A stretch of DNA of 63,727 nt, filler included, from Octopus bimaculoides (Eukaryota): NCBI RefSeq assembly GCF_001194135.2. It is 9 parts of 9 records of this genome, joined end to end, with 100 filler letters (N's around TTAATTAATTAA, not from the genome) between each part and the next. Parts side by side here need not be neighbours in the genome. Positions count along the whole stretch, not along the records: positions 43,322 to 54,379 come from NC_068983.1; positions 54,480 to 56,795 come from NC_069010.1; positions 56,896 to 60,461 come from NC_068985.1; positions 60,562 to 62,289 come from NW_026303429.1; positions 62,390 to 63,727 come from NW_026317625.1; 4 more parts are not named here. The stretch is one strand, 5' to 3'. Position 1 is the first letter of the stretch. Each line of letters starts with the position of its first letter. The notes under the pieces are model-generated. The model saw only the letters and a list, made by a program, of their open reading frames with translations, did not search any database and was not told where the DNA came from. Made by a program: the position numbers and the translations under genes. Positions 51,461 to 63,727 of this stretch are shown piece by piece.

Positions 51461-53513
51461 ATCGATCTATCTATTTATCTCTTTCTCTCTCTTTCTCTTC
51501 CTCTTTCCCTCTCGCTCATACATACACACACAAACACACACGCACATACAATCATTCACTCACTCACGACTATGAACTACGTGTTAGTCACAATTTTCAC
51601 TTCTGCCTTTGAATGAAACGTTATAGTCTATTTCTTAACAACAAAAGATAAACTGAATTGATAAATTCTTTATTATGGTCTTCGTAACAAGAAGTTTTTA
51701 CGACCCAAATCATTGAACTGGCCTATTGGTGGCACTTCAAAAGTGTTTTGTTTTTTAAATTACTCCTAGTTATAGTCCAAAACAATTTCTTGGCGTTAGA
51801 CAGGAAATAACGATTGCTACAACCGCAAACCTTCCATATGTGAATACCTATCAGATTGTGATCAACATTGCCCTTCATAACTTCAAAGCAAATAAAATTA
51901 TGACCACTGACCTAATATAAAATTACACGTGAGATTCAGGTATAAATCTACATAGATCCTTTACATTGGTACAAAGGCTCAAAGAATCGGTTGTAGTTAA
52001 TCGAATATATTTTATCGAAACCGGAATTATAGTGGAGGCGCGAGCCATAGTGGTTAGGGTGTCGGACTTATGATCGTAAGATTGTGGTTTCGATTCCTGG
52101 ACCGGAGAACTTCATTTCATGTTGCTCCAGTCTACTCAGCTGGTAAAAAAAATGAGTAATCCTACGACGAACTGGCGTCCCGTCCCGTCCAGGTGGGAAA
52201 TATATACGCCATGAAATCAGGAAACCGGCCTTTATGAGTCGGCATGACTCGAGAAGCAAACAAAAAGAAAGAAACGGAATTATGGACGACTAACAGCTTA
52301 TGTTCATCCTCCCCGCCGACATTTCTCTGATTTTGCAGACACATTACTGCCTGATCGTATTCGTTATAAACATCTCAAAGATGCTGGAAACCGTTTTAAA
52401 CGATCACCTACCCTATTGCATTGTCCCTTTCATTACTCAATAACTATCAGTACAATTCAGAACAACCAGATCTACAGGCACATTTTGCCTCTTGAAAGAA
52501 TTGGTAGGAAGGGGACATAGCTTTCGGCCTTGTCTACTAGAAGAACATGCTACCAAATTGTCCGTCAGCGAGCTCTTACCTCTAATTCTGTATCAATGGT
52601 AATCATTCCAATCCATCTTCTTTTAACTTTAATGTACATTTAAGGAGAAAATCCCGTTGCTACTTCTAACCAAAGATGCCCCTTCTCAGATTATACTGAT
52701 TTACTAGTGATTCATATAAACATAATACAGTCTAGTCACTAAATAAAAGAATGAATAGAAATATCTTAAGTTAAAATTTAATTTGCCAAGTAGCAAATGT
52801 GGCTGACTGGCAATTTAGCCGGTTTTTCATTCGTTTTGTTTTTGTTTTATTTTTGTTATTTGTTGTCGTTTTTATTTGATGCAGATGTTATGGTTGTTGT
52901 TCTTGAGTAGACTTCGCTCCACGAGCAATATCTCAAGCTGCAACCAATCAAAAGCTTGCTAAACTATCTGCCATCTAACAAAACACGTCAAATATGGTCT
53001 AGATTTTGAACAGCGAATTTTTTTTAAATCAAATTTAGAGTAATACTATATATACATAGATACGCATACAATTAATACTAAAAGATACTTTGAATATATA
53101 TTCAGGGCTTATGTTGAAATAAAAAGTGTATAAAATATATTCAATCTCTAAATACAATGAGCTTTTAGTAGTTAAATGCTCACAAAGTCTATGGTCACTT
53201 AAAATTTTTATTAATGAAAGCACGAAAAGAATCGTAAATGTGTTACTGCTTTTGTACACCACGACAAAATCCGATTATATATGGAATCAGCCAAAAACAT
53301 CAAAAACAATCGCATTAAATCTGTTTTCTGTCAGCCTCTCGAAGGGAAATCTTAGTATTAATAATATTAAGTATTTATTCCTAGTGTGTCATTCTGTACA
53401 CCCTTTATCTCAATTATCCTAACTCCTGCTATTACCCACTCACTGGAGATTTCATACATCTTTTTTATTTTAATTTTCAATATGCAGATTACTCTTCTCC
53501 ACAAAGCTCTACC

Positions 53514-53555
<42 letters not shown>

Positions 53556-53557
53556 CC

Positions 53558-54049
53558 AACTTAACGTGGATGCCTTATTACAACGCCAAATACTGCGGTA
53601 TTCGTTTTGAAAGGTCCGCTCATATAGACGCATGGTGCATTAAAACACAAACATCTATCACGGCAGACGATAATTGTCTGACATGAGAGCCAGAATCGGC
53701 CGATCGTGTAATTTCAAAGTATTGCACTTTTTCAGTGGTAGGCATCCAGTTATTGCATATCAGCTAAATAATGGTTGGTTATTTGCAACATCAGTGACAG
53801 AAAAGGCACTGATATTTTATATGTAGTACCAGAGAGATTTGGCTGGTATGCGGTCACCGAACACCGCCACTGAAGAAGTGCAGTACATTGAGATCACGTA
53901 ATCTGGTATCTCTGGCGCCCATACTAGACGCTTCTCCTCTGCTGCAATATATGCCTGTGCTTTTATACCCCATGCGACTATATGTGAGGACCTTTCAAGA
54001 CGAATACTGCAATATATTCGGCGTTGTAACAAGACATCCACGTTAAGTT
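53558..54049. mobile_element. Non-autonomous TIR element (MITE) with ~90-bp imperfect TIRs
   Basis: AACTTAACGTGGATGCCTTATTACAACGCC..GAAAGGTCC..CATATAG (53558-~53650) mirrored at ~53956-54049. Confidence 0.75.
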
Positions 54050-54531
54050 CGATATAAAGATTGCCTTTTGTTACTAATACTGCTTCCGTCGCTAATAATT
54101 ATTTTATACATATGTGTGTGTGTATGTGTGTGCTTGTGCGTGCGAGTGTGTGTAATAACTGATCTTCAGTCAAGAGAAGACTGTGTCCTACTGACGAGGT
54201 CAAACATGCCAAAAGGTTTAAATCAAATCGAGAAATTTAGTTATGATTTCTTGAAAATCTCTCCTCCTTTTCTTGAGAAGACTGTGTCCTATTGACGAGG
54301 TCAAACATGCCAAAAGGTTTAAATCAAATCGAGAAATTTAGTTATGATTTCTTGAAAATCTCTCCTCCTTTTCTTGAGANNNNNNNNNNNNNNNNNNNNN
54401 NNNNNNNNNNNNNNNNNNNNNNNTTAATTAATTAANNNNNNNNNNNNNNNNNNNNNNNNNNNNNNNNNNNNNNNNNNNNCAGACAACGGAAGGAACACAT
54501 AGGAAAACAGATACAGTTGTTGGTGCCTTGG

Positions 54532-54576
<45 letters not shown>

Positions 54577-56895
54577 TAGAGTACGTTCTGCCTTATCTTC
54601 GAAACATCTAGTTAGAATAGAGGCAGCTGACGAAGGATTAATTCCAAGTTTGACTGTAACTGGCACCCCAGAGAGCTGTACCAGGTTTCCATCAGATTTT
54701 GGCTTGATTCCTATGGCTGGATTCTCTTCCTAACATGCCCTTCCTAGCGCCATCCACTCCAAGAGAGTAGTGGGTGCCATTTATGCGTCACCGGCATGGG
54801 TGCTTTTATGTGCCACCAGTACTGGTCACAACTACAATTATTTCACTTGACAAATACTGAGGGTAATTAACTAAACCCTCTTCTCATAAAGCTACTGGCT
54901 TTATGCCGAAAGTGGAAGCAGTTTACTCTTTCATTTGTTTCTATCATTTGGCTGCAGCCATGCTGGAGCACTGCCTGTAGTCGAACAAATCGACACAAGG
55001 ACATATTCTCTGAAAGCCTAGTACTTATTCTATCAGTCTCTTTTGCTAAACAGCTAAGTTACGGGGAACGTAAACACACCAGCATCAGTAGTCAAGCAGT
55101 GGTGGGGGACAAACACAGACATACAAACATACACACACGCATATATACATATATATATATGATGGGCTTCTTTCAGTTTCCGCCTACCGAATCCACTCAC
55201 AAGGATCTGGTTGGTCCGAGGGTAGAGTAGAAGACACTTGCCCAAGGTGCCACGCAGTGGGACTGAACCCAGAACCATGTGGTTGGTAAGCAAGCTACTT
55301 ACCACACAGCCACTCCTGCGTTGTTGTTATTATTATTATTATGACCATAATGATGTTGATGCTGCTATTTTTAGCAGTCCCATGTGATGTACTACTGCAC
55401 TGCTTACTGTGCCTCCCCACTTTGACGTAGGGGTGTGGTACGTATGCATGTCACTGTCCTTTGAGAATATTGCTTTGTGTTTGCTGCAGCAGATTTGTCT
55501 TTGATTGTTTTTTCTCTGATGTTTTAGTTGTGTTTTTTTGTTTTGTTGTGTGGTTTACAGTCTGAAGTTATATCTTTTAGTCCTTGAGGTGTGTGTACAT
55601 GAGTGTATATTTATGCATAAGGTTCTTACATATATTTACACAGATGTGCATGCACATACATGCACTCTGTAAGGTTGCGAGTTCAATTCCCGGCAACGCG
55701 TTGTGTCATTGAGCAAGACACTTTATTTCACATTGCTCCAGTCCACTCAGCTGGCAAAAATGAGTAGTACCTGTAATTCAAAGGGGGCCAGCCTTGTCAC
55801 ACTCTGTGTTGTGCTGAATCTCCCTGAGAACTAGCCTGTATGGTATGGCTAAGCCAAAATGGTTTTTTGTATTCTTCCTTTCTACTTGGAGAGTTTAGAT
55901 TTAGTTATAAAAATATTTCCTTCTGTTTAAATGTAATTTCATTAAATTTCTATATCTTTGAGCAGCTGAAGATTGCTCTACATTTTACATTTGATATAAT
56001 TAACGTTCACATTGCTTAATTAAATGGAGTCGCATGAAACAATCGTACTACATTAACTTTGAATATCCTTGTTGCTTATTTTGATTTTAATCACCTTATT
56101 TTGAAACTATGGATAATACCGTACTAAATTCTGGTGCCTAAACTTAAGTACCATATTCACCTGAATCTAGATTTATATATATATACATATATATATATGT
56201 ATATGTTTGTGTGTCTGCATGTGTCCCCCCAACATCACTTGACAATCGATGCTTGTGTGTTTACGTCCTTGTAACTTAGTAGTTCGGCAAAAGTGAATGA
56301 TAGAATAAGTACTAGGCTTACAAAGAATACATCCTGAGGTTGATTTGTTTGACTAAAAGCGATGCTGCAGTCAAATCACTGAAACAAATGAGTGAATAAA
56401 ACAATCGCTAACCACTACACACATTTTTTTCTCTGCTTGTTTCTTTCTGTTGAAGAGCGTAGGCTCGAAATGTTAAAGACTTTTTCAATTCCCGAGCGTT
56501 AAACTAATACATCTATTTGTTTCCTACACCACCTGTCTTTTGTCTGTTGTTTTTTTTCGTAAATTCTCCCATATATATATATATATATATATATGACGAG
56601 AGAGAGAGAGAGAGTCAGGTGGGATGGTTCAAGGCTGGAGTGTCTTTGATGAGGGGCGATCTCAGAGTAGACATCAATAACTACAAGAATAACAATGCCA
56701 ATAACAGCAACACCATGACCACCACCACCAACAACAACAACTACTACTACTACAACAATAACTACAACAGCACACCACACCACCATCACTGCCACNNNNN
56801 NNNNNNNNNNNNNNNNNNNNNNNNNNNNNNNNNNNNNNNTTAATTAATTAANNNNNNNNNNNNNNNNNNNNNNNNNNNNNNNNNNNNNNNNNNNN

Positions 56896-57209
56896 CTCTA
56901 TCTATCTATCTATTACTCGAAAGTTATTGGAACAAATTTGACACCTATATCCATGCGTTTGAAAACACAACACAGAGTATAAGGGTACTCGCGTCCGCGC
57001 TAGCTAGTCGTGAGTGGTCGATCCTATTATTTTTAAACTTCAAACTTCATTTGTTTTCTATTTTGATAAATTCTCTCTGTTGAAAATTATATTTTTATAT
57101 TTTAAATAATTTGCAATTTCGGGAAATATGTTTTTATATTAAATTTGTGTTTTCTACTCACGACTAGCTAGCGCGGACGCGCGAACTTTCGAGTGATAGA
57201 TAGATAGAG
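56896..57209. mobile_element. Foldback/MITE-like element with two nested inverted-repeat pairs
   Basis: Inner perfect 25-bp IR 56991-57015 / 57156-57180; outer IR CTCTATCTATCTAT..ACTCGAAAGTT (56896-56925) / AACTTTCGAGT..ATAGATAGAG (57184-57209). Confidence 0.65.
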
Positions 57210-57263
57210 AGAGAGACAGACATATAGCTCGCTCCGGCCAGTCATGGTATTAGCTGTCAGTAG

Positions 57264-57651
57264 CCGGGCCACTGCGCCCCACTGTGTTTACTCGTTGATG
57301 CATCCGATTCCGGAGTTGGAGGTGTACTACAGCCGCTTGTTGACGGCATATGGCAACCGTTGTCTTTCTTTTGTAAGCGATTAAAACCCGCGGAAACGAA
57401 ATACAGTACATTCAGTCCGGAATTATTAGCGGCATACCTGACCGTTGAGCATTTCCGAGACATGCTGGAAGGTACCACTTTTGCCATATATACCGATCAC
57501 AAACCACTGGTATATGCATTTAACACCAAGTCGGATCGCCACTCGCCGAGAGAAATCCGCCACCTCGACTTCATATCGTAGTACACGACGGATATACGTC
57601 ACATCAAAGGGACGACCAACGTAGCAGCCGATGCACTTTCACGCACAGATG
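57264..57651 (+). mobile_element. Ty3/Gypsy pol remnant (RNase H domain), one in-frame stop
   Basis: LLVDASDSGVGGVLQ..QPLSFFCKRLKPAETKYSTFSPELLAAY..YTDHKPL..RHLDFIS*YTTDIRHIKGTTNVAADALSR. Confidence 0.9.
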
Positions 57652-58326
57652 TGTGTGCGTGTCTGTGCGCGCGCGCGCGTATGTTTGTATGTATTTATGT
57701 TTGTATACATGTGTAGGGGTATATCTGCGACAGCTATACGCATGGGACTAAAAAGCTTCCAGTAATTTTTAGAAAAATATTTAGTGTCACTGAGAGCATT
57801 CAGTTACATAGCCAACTTGCCCATCCCACTGACTGACCTAAATGTAGTAACCTTTATCATTGGTCCATTGGTAACCAGGGATTTATTAAGCATGACATCT
57901 CATACACAAATATTCAGAAAACGTAAAAGAAATAAAACGCGGAAGTAGTCTTGTGTTGAGTAGCGACTGTGGTATCACATACAAATTCAGTGGATTGTCT
58001 ATTTTATTATTAAGTTATGTCTGGACATTTTATCAACGTTTAAGGTGTAAGTTTAATAGATGTGGATATTTTACTTTATAATGTATTAACCTATATTTAC
58101 TACTGTCTATTGGATAATCGTTTGAGTTATTCCCACCATCTTGATATTTATAAGGAATACAATTTGACTGCTATTTCTGTGCTGAACAACGACAAAAACA
58201 GCACTAATTTATCGTCTATTTCCGTTCCTTAACTGCTGTGAAATTTTAAAGTCAACTTTCAGAACAATGCACCGTTTGTTGTTCCCGTAATACATTTCCG
58301 CACCTTCATACATATTCCGATCAACA

Positions 58327-59196
58327 ATGGATTACACAGATGCACAAGTTATAGATGGTATGTTTTTTAAAGAGAAAGATCCCGATTCACAACCTGAAGA
58401 TGTTGAAATGATGTCTGTTGAGGAAAGTGGCGAATCTGTAAATGCCAGATATGACATGGATCGTGATAAAAAGAATCTGGCTTTAATAATCAACAATGAA
58501 ACCTTCGACAAATCGACTAAAATGTCTAAACGACAAGGATCCGATAGAGATGCATCAGCAATTAAACACACATTGGAGTCATTGCATTTTCAGGTGATTA
58601 ACCGCAAGAATTTATCAGGGAAAAGCATGAACCAAATCTTTTTGGATATATCCACGAGGGACCATGGGAACCATAACTGCTTCGTGTGTGTTATATTGAC
58701 GCACGGTGAAGACGATAGCCAGATTTATGGTACTGATGGCAAAGTAAATCTTAACGATTTAGTGGAGATGTTGCTTCCTGATAAATGCCCAGGTTTAATA
58801 GGTAAGCCAAAACTATTCTTCGTACAAGCTTGTCGGGGAACGAAAATGGACAGCGGTGCAGTTATGCACGATGCTGATACTTTTGCAAAAGTGGAATATC
58901 AAAATGTCAAATCCCACAAAGTACCACTTTGGGCCGACGTTCTTCTGGCTTATTCCACTGTCCCTGGATTTTATTCCTGGAGAAACTCTACAAATGGATC
59001 GTGGTTTATTCAGTCGTTAGCCCACATTTTGGAAAAATACGGAGACCGACTTGAACTGCAACAATTAATGCTTTCGGTAAATCGCAAGGTTGCCTATGAA
59101 TACGAGTCTAATTCCAACCATTCATTTATGAATAAAATGAAACAGGTTCCTTGCATAGTAAGCATGTTAACAAAAGAAGTATACTTTTACAAGTAA
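58327..59196 (+). CDS. Effector caspase (caspase-3/7-like), 289 aa, intron-free CDS
   Basis: Short prodomain; ALIINNETF..R.GSDRD, catalytic THG (His126) and QACRG (Cys169), ADVLLAYST.PGFYSWR..NGSWFIQSL, KQVPCIVSMLTK; no stops or frameshifts. CASP3 versus CASP7 orthology cannot be resolved by eye. Confidence 0.96.
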   Translation: MDYTDAQVIDGMFFKEKDPDSQPEDVEMMSVEESGESVNARYDMDRDKKNLALIINNETFDKSTKMSKRQGSDRDASAIKHTLESLHFQVINRKNLSGKSMNQIFLDISTRDHGNHNCFVCVILTHGEDDSQIYGTDGKVNLNDLVEMLLPDKCPGLIGKPKLFFVQACRGTKMDSGAVMHDADTFAKVEYQNVKSHKVPLWADVLLAYSTVPGFYSWRNSTNGSWFIQSLAHILEKYGDRLELQQLMLSVNRKVAYEYESNSNHSFMNKMKQVPCIVSMLTKEVYFYK

Positions 59197-59919
59197 AATT
59201 TTCGTTTTTCGTTCGTTTTCCCCTCTCTCCTACGTGCTGTTGGTGATCTTTGTCCTTCTCTGAACTTTTCTGTTTTACTTTCCGACGAAGAGCTATGCTT
59301 GAAACGTCCAAAGCCCTCCTTTTTTTTTTTTTTAACCGATCGCCAAATGTGTTCCCTGTGCACGTCCTCTTGTTTGTTATTGTTATTTTCATTGTTTTAC
59401 GGTTCGATTTGACGACGTGTGTGTGTGTGTATGTGTGTACTTGAAATTTCTACTCCGTTTTCTATTCTGTAGTGAGAACATGTTATTTCGAATCATTATA
59501 TAAATTTTATATACTTTAAAATTCTTTCAAAAATATATGACAGTGAGTTATGCATCTGGTCCTTTCTAAACTTGTTACCATCCTCCTTTTGAGCAACGAA
59601 ATCTGGTTCTAAACACGATTATACAAAGTTCAAGTACAGCAGGAAAAAGTAGCACTGCATATCACGCACCCGGACTTACATTTTGCGTTATAAAGTTGAT
59701 AAAATATTAAATTTACTAAGGAAAATTCCTATCCTAATTTTTTTGCTCTTCACAAACATTTTCGTTGAAATAATTAAAATGCTGTAAAAGTGATAACATT
59801 GATAAATTGGTTTTATTTCTTTATATTAATGGCAAAAAACTATTATTTTCGTGTTCAATTGTTATCTAATGGACTTATAATAAAATACATTGAAACCATC
59901 AACACCTTGTCTCTTTACT

Positions 59920-60205
59920 ATCTCCGCCTTCGCTAAGGAGGGAATAATATGCCCAATCCATAAAGGGGGAAGCATAGCAGATGCCAAAGACTATAGGCCT
60001 CTCTTTCCGACTTCACACATCAGCAAAGTCATGGAACGGATAGCCAGGGGGAAACTAATCGCATTCCTTGAAGAAGATAACTTGCTGAGTGATACCCAGC
60101 ATGGCTTTCGACCAGGTAGGAGCTGCCTGACCCAGCTCTTACAACATTATGACTGGGTGTTGAGGTAGTCACTCAACAACTCAAACGTGCATGTAATGTA
60201 CCTTG
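59920..60205 (+). mobile_element. CR1/L2-clade RT N-terminal fragment
   Basis: ICPIHKGGS..DYRPLFPTSHISKVMERI..LLSDTQHGFRPGRSCLTQLL, then a stop. Confidence 0.85.
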
Positions 60206-61889
60206 AATTTCATTCAAATTTTACACATGCCTTACTTAGGGTCCCGGTTGTATTTTAGTAAAAAAAAAATTTTTAACTTCTTGCATAGTTCGAGCCCACA
60301 GTAACATCATATCTCCCCCACTATTTAAGTATTACTTGTCAAAAATGAAACAAAAACACTTATGTCAAATACTTTCACTTTAAAAATGAAACTATTTCTA
60401 CTATTTCAGTATCAAAACTGAAACAATCACATTTCGATACTGTCATGACAGATACTATATCNNNNNNNNNNNNNNNNNNNNNNNNNNNNNNNNNNNNNNN
60501 NNNNNTTAATTAATTAANNNNNNNNNNNNNNNNNNNNNNNNNNNNNNNNNNNNNNNNNNNNATTATTGGAAAATTGTATTTAGAATTCTGAGACAAAATA
60601 AGTTTTCTTTAGTGCTAATATTTGGGAGATTACCTGCTATTTTATTGACTAGTCGTAAATGAAGTAAAGCTTCATCCTCAATGTTTTGACACCAACTACC
60701 GATCTTAAGGTGAATAGAAGTGACTAGAGAGATCCGTGTGATAGCAAATTAGCTGTGTTGAATGCAATTGTTAAAGAGCTGAACAGTAGCGTTATTGAAG
60801 TAAGTTACCTGGACCGTTGAAGTGGAACTAAAAAAAGGAAGAAATTTCCTGTGAAAATGGAAGACGAACAGAATCTAAAATAAACTTGTCTGGTAAGTTT
60901 TCTAGGGTGAATGAAGAAGAAGAAAAAAGTTGATTGCTGTATTGAGTGTAACGATTTATATGACTGATCAGAGATTCATATCGTTTTATGAGATGCATTT
61001 TGATGAGTTCATCTCCGAAAACAATTCTCAGATGATTTTCTAACTATATGTTTATAAAACCTGAGAAAACTGATAGCTGCTACCTACACTGTAGGCATGA
61101 TTCACGGTTGTAAACACAAAGCAAAAGGAAATTATTGAGTGCTTCTTTGTTGTTGTTGTTTACACCCAATACAGCCCTTAGCCCAGATTGAGTGGACATA
61201 CGGAAAAAGACATTTCCACCATAAACATCTTATCTTCTCAGACACTGTGTAACCCTAGATCACATCATTCAATGCGGATTATTTTTCAGCAAGGAACTGA
61301 GGGAAATTTGGCTGCTATTTCTTGTAACTTGAGCCAACACGTAAAGGTTCCCTCTTGAGTGTTTCGTTAGCTTAGAGTGTTAGCTTACAGGGTTCGACAT
61401 CTTGCTTGTATTTTTATAGCTGTCTTGTAGAGTGTTTTCTGTTGACATGTCGTGAAGCCAACTCTTTAGTAGTGTCTCTCCAAGTTCGTTTTAACTTCTG
61501 TTTTATAAGCCTTCGCACACATAGCCTTCAATCAGGNNNNNNNNNNGTTTTAACTTCTGTTTTATAAGCCTTCGCACACATAGCCTTCAATCAGGATTCT
61601 CACTCAGCATAGCCAAGCTGCGGACACATCTGAAGTGAAACACGAAATGCTTCCACNNNNNNNNNNCATAGCCAAGCTGCGGACACATCTGAAGTGAAAC
61701 ACGAAATGCTTCCACAGAGATCAGCATTGCAGCTAAATGTTTTTAACATATTTTGAGAGAAGACGCGAGTCCTCTTTAACGTAGTGCGTTTACCAAGTAA
61801 GCAAGAAATTCATTTAGACAATGAATTCATTGTTATTTTTCAATCTCAAATTGCTGTTTACAAATGTACAACACTCTCGTTTATTGCAG

Positions 61890-62102
61890 AAACAGATCGT
61901 TGCTCCCGTCCGCCAAATATACCAAATGCGAATGTTAGCAACGTGACTGAAAACAAAGTTACGGTATCTTGTAAGGAAGAATTTTTTGGAACCACCGCCA
62001 ACGAAGAGCTTCTGTGTGAAAATGGAACTTGGGCAGAATCTAAAATAAATTGCACAAATAAGCCACAGGATGACGGTTCAGATCCGCTGGACACGAACCT
62101 GG
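61890..62102 (+). CDS. Internal exon encoding one Sushi/CCP (SCR) domain plus linker; parent gene unidentified
   Basis: ttattgcag|..|GTAAGC, 213 nt, phase 1-1; CSRPPNIPNA..VTVSCKEEF..LLCENGTWAESKINC has the four Cys and the Trp of a CCP module, plus four N-x-S/T sequons. Confidence 0.8.
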
Positions 62103-63727
62103 GTAAGCTTCATTTATGTCAATTATGCTTTAGAGAAAGACATCACTATAACATAATTTTCTGCAACTCTTTATACGTTAACTCTTGTATAGAAATAAGC
62201 AAATAATCTTAGTAAATCATTTAACAATACAAATTTGGAGATCAGTAATAATTTATTCAAAACTAACAGTTATTAGTTTCTCATAACTTNNNNNNNNNNN
62301 NNNNNNNNNNNNNNNNNNNNNNNNNNNNNNNNNTTAATTAATTAANNNNNNNNNNNNNNNNNNNNNNNNNNNNNNNNNNNNNNNNNNNNAATTGAACAAT
62401 GTAATCATTACATCAATTTAAGATGCAGAGCAATCTTCAACTGCACAGAGACATAGAATTTAATTAAATTAGAACGGATGGACACGTTAGCATAACAATA
62501 CATAAAATTTCCCAGAGGTTAGGGAGGCAGACAGAGAACATCTTGCTTTAGCCACACCATGGAATATAATAAATAAAATGTCAAAGAAGACTCTGTCTGT
62601 CACTGATTTTATTTGTTAGTTTAGATTTGTAGACTATCATATTGAACCTTGTATATCTGAAGCTTAAGAGTATAAAGGGCATTATCTGTTTGGGGTAGGT
62701 GTGAGAGAGCAGACAAATATCATGGGTGGTATAGTCATAAACTCATGAGGTTTGGTAAAGAAAAACTTAAAACAAGATGTTGGCTGACAACTAAGGTGTC
62801 TCCTACTAACGGACCATTGATAATGAAACAGGGGAAGTCTTATCATGTGGTACTATAGTTAAAAGTTTTAAAACAATGTTGCTATATTGTATACAGATAA
62901 AATTTATGGCTATTCATAGGGTTATTAATAAGAATATATTAACAAAAGCATAGAAATTTATGGATACTTTTGAGCATATACCAAACTTATACCACAATAA
63001 AGGGAGGAAAAGAAAAGAAAATTATTCAGAAATAGTTTAATATTTATATATAGTGCACACTTAAAAAAACTAACTCATCATATGGTATCTATGAATATTC
63101 ATTAATAGGTATGTACTGATATTAATAAAGGAGTATTGAGGTAAAAGAACATTCTAATTATATATTAATAAAATTATATTCTAAGAAGATTTTTTTATAT
63201 ATGCAGTAAATATATCGGTATAGTTTTATATACGCTAAGTATGAATTAATAGAGATACAAAGATTTTCTTAATTTATTTATGAATAAATAAAGGCTAGTT
63301 ATTAACTGATAAAGAAATGAAATAAAATAATCAATTAAGGCAGAATACCATAAAAATAAAATAGCTTAATTACCAATGCTATGGTAAAGTATATTTAGCT
63401 TATTGACACCAATAGAGACGATTTATGTAGAAAAAGTATAATGATTTAAAATATATTGGACTAAAAATTTTGAATTTAACTTGTATAGCTAATTTCAATA
63501 AAAGACTCGTGTCTGGTATTAGTTCAAATAATATTTAAGTTATGGAACATTCAAAATTTTACACTAATCTTCCCACATATAAATTGAGGGATTATTTTAT
63601 GGGTTTAAATTGATGTAATGGTTACATTGTTCAATTAAATGAAGTTGCATGAAACGATCGTACTGCATTACATCTGCATATCCTTGCTGCTTATTTTGAT
63701 TTTAATCACCTTACTTTGAAATTGTAT

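Noticed and set aside
54165-54379. ~113-bp direct tandem duplication
   Set aside because: Copies appear identical and end at a gap; likely a contig-end overlap artefact.
61487-61715. Two ~50-60-bp exact duplications flanking 10-N gaps
   Set aside because: Typical unmerged overlaps at negative-size gaps.

Overview
Repeat-rich, gapped animal genomic DNA, most likely a coleoid cephalopod (Octopus-like; inferred from the SINE/LINE families and microsatellite load, not proven). Supported genes: (1) a minus-strand CWC21/SRRM2-family splicing factor at ~25.2-26.3 kb, interrupted by an N gap; (2) a tRNA-Gln(TTG); (3) a minus-strand K+-dependent Na+/Ca2+ exchanger (NCKX/SLC24) with five phase-consistent exons from 40942 to the stop at 34297, whose alpha-1 exons were not found; (4) an intact effector caspase (caspase-3/7-like) with an intron-free CDS at 58327-59196; (5) one Sushi/CCP-domain exon at 61890-62102. 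The rest is decayed LINEs (R4/Dong-like, RTE, CR1, L1/Tx1), a Gypsy RNase H remnant, tRNA-derived SINEs, MITEs, a 5.6-kb GAAA/GGAA tract and microsatellites. Most long ORFs in the supplied track are repeat or N-gap artefacts. Most interesting observations: five dispersed minimal hammerhead-ribozyme-like motifs of Penelope type (one sense in the presumed caspase 3' UTR, one sense in an NCKX intron), a perfect 79-bp intronic hairpin, and a CpG-depleted domain at ~10-25 kb that suggests an unannotated methylated gene body. No searches or folding computations were run.
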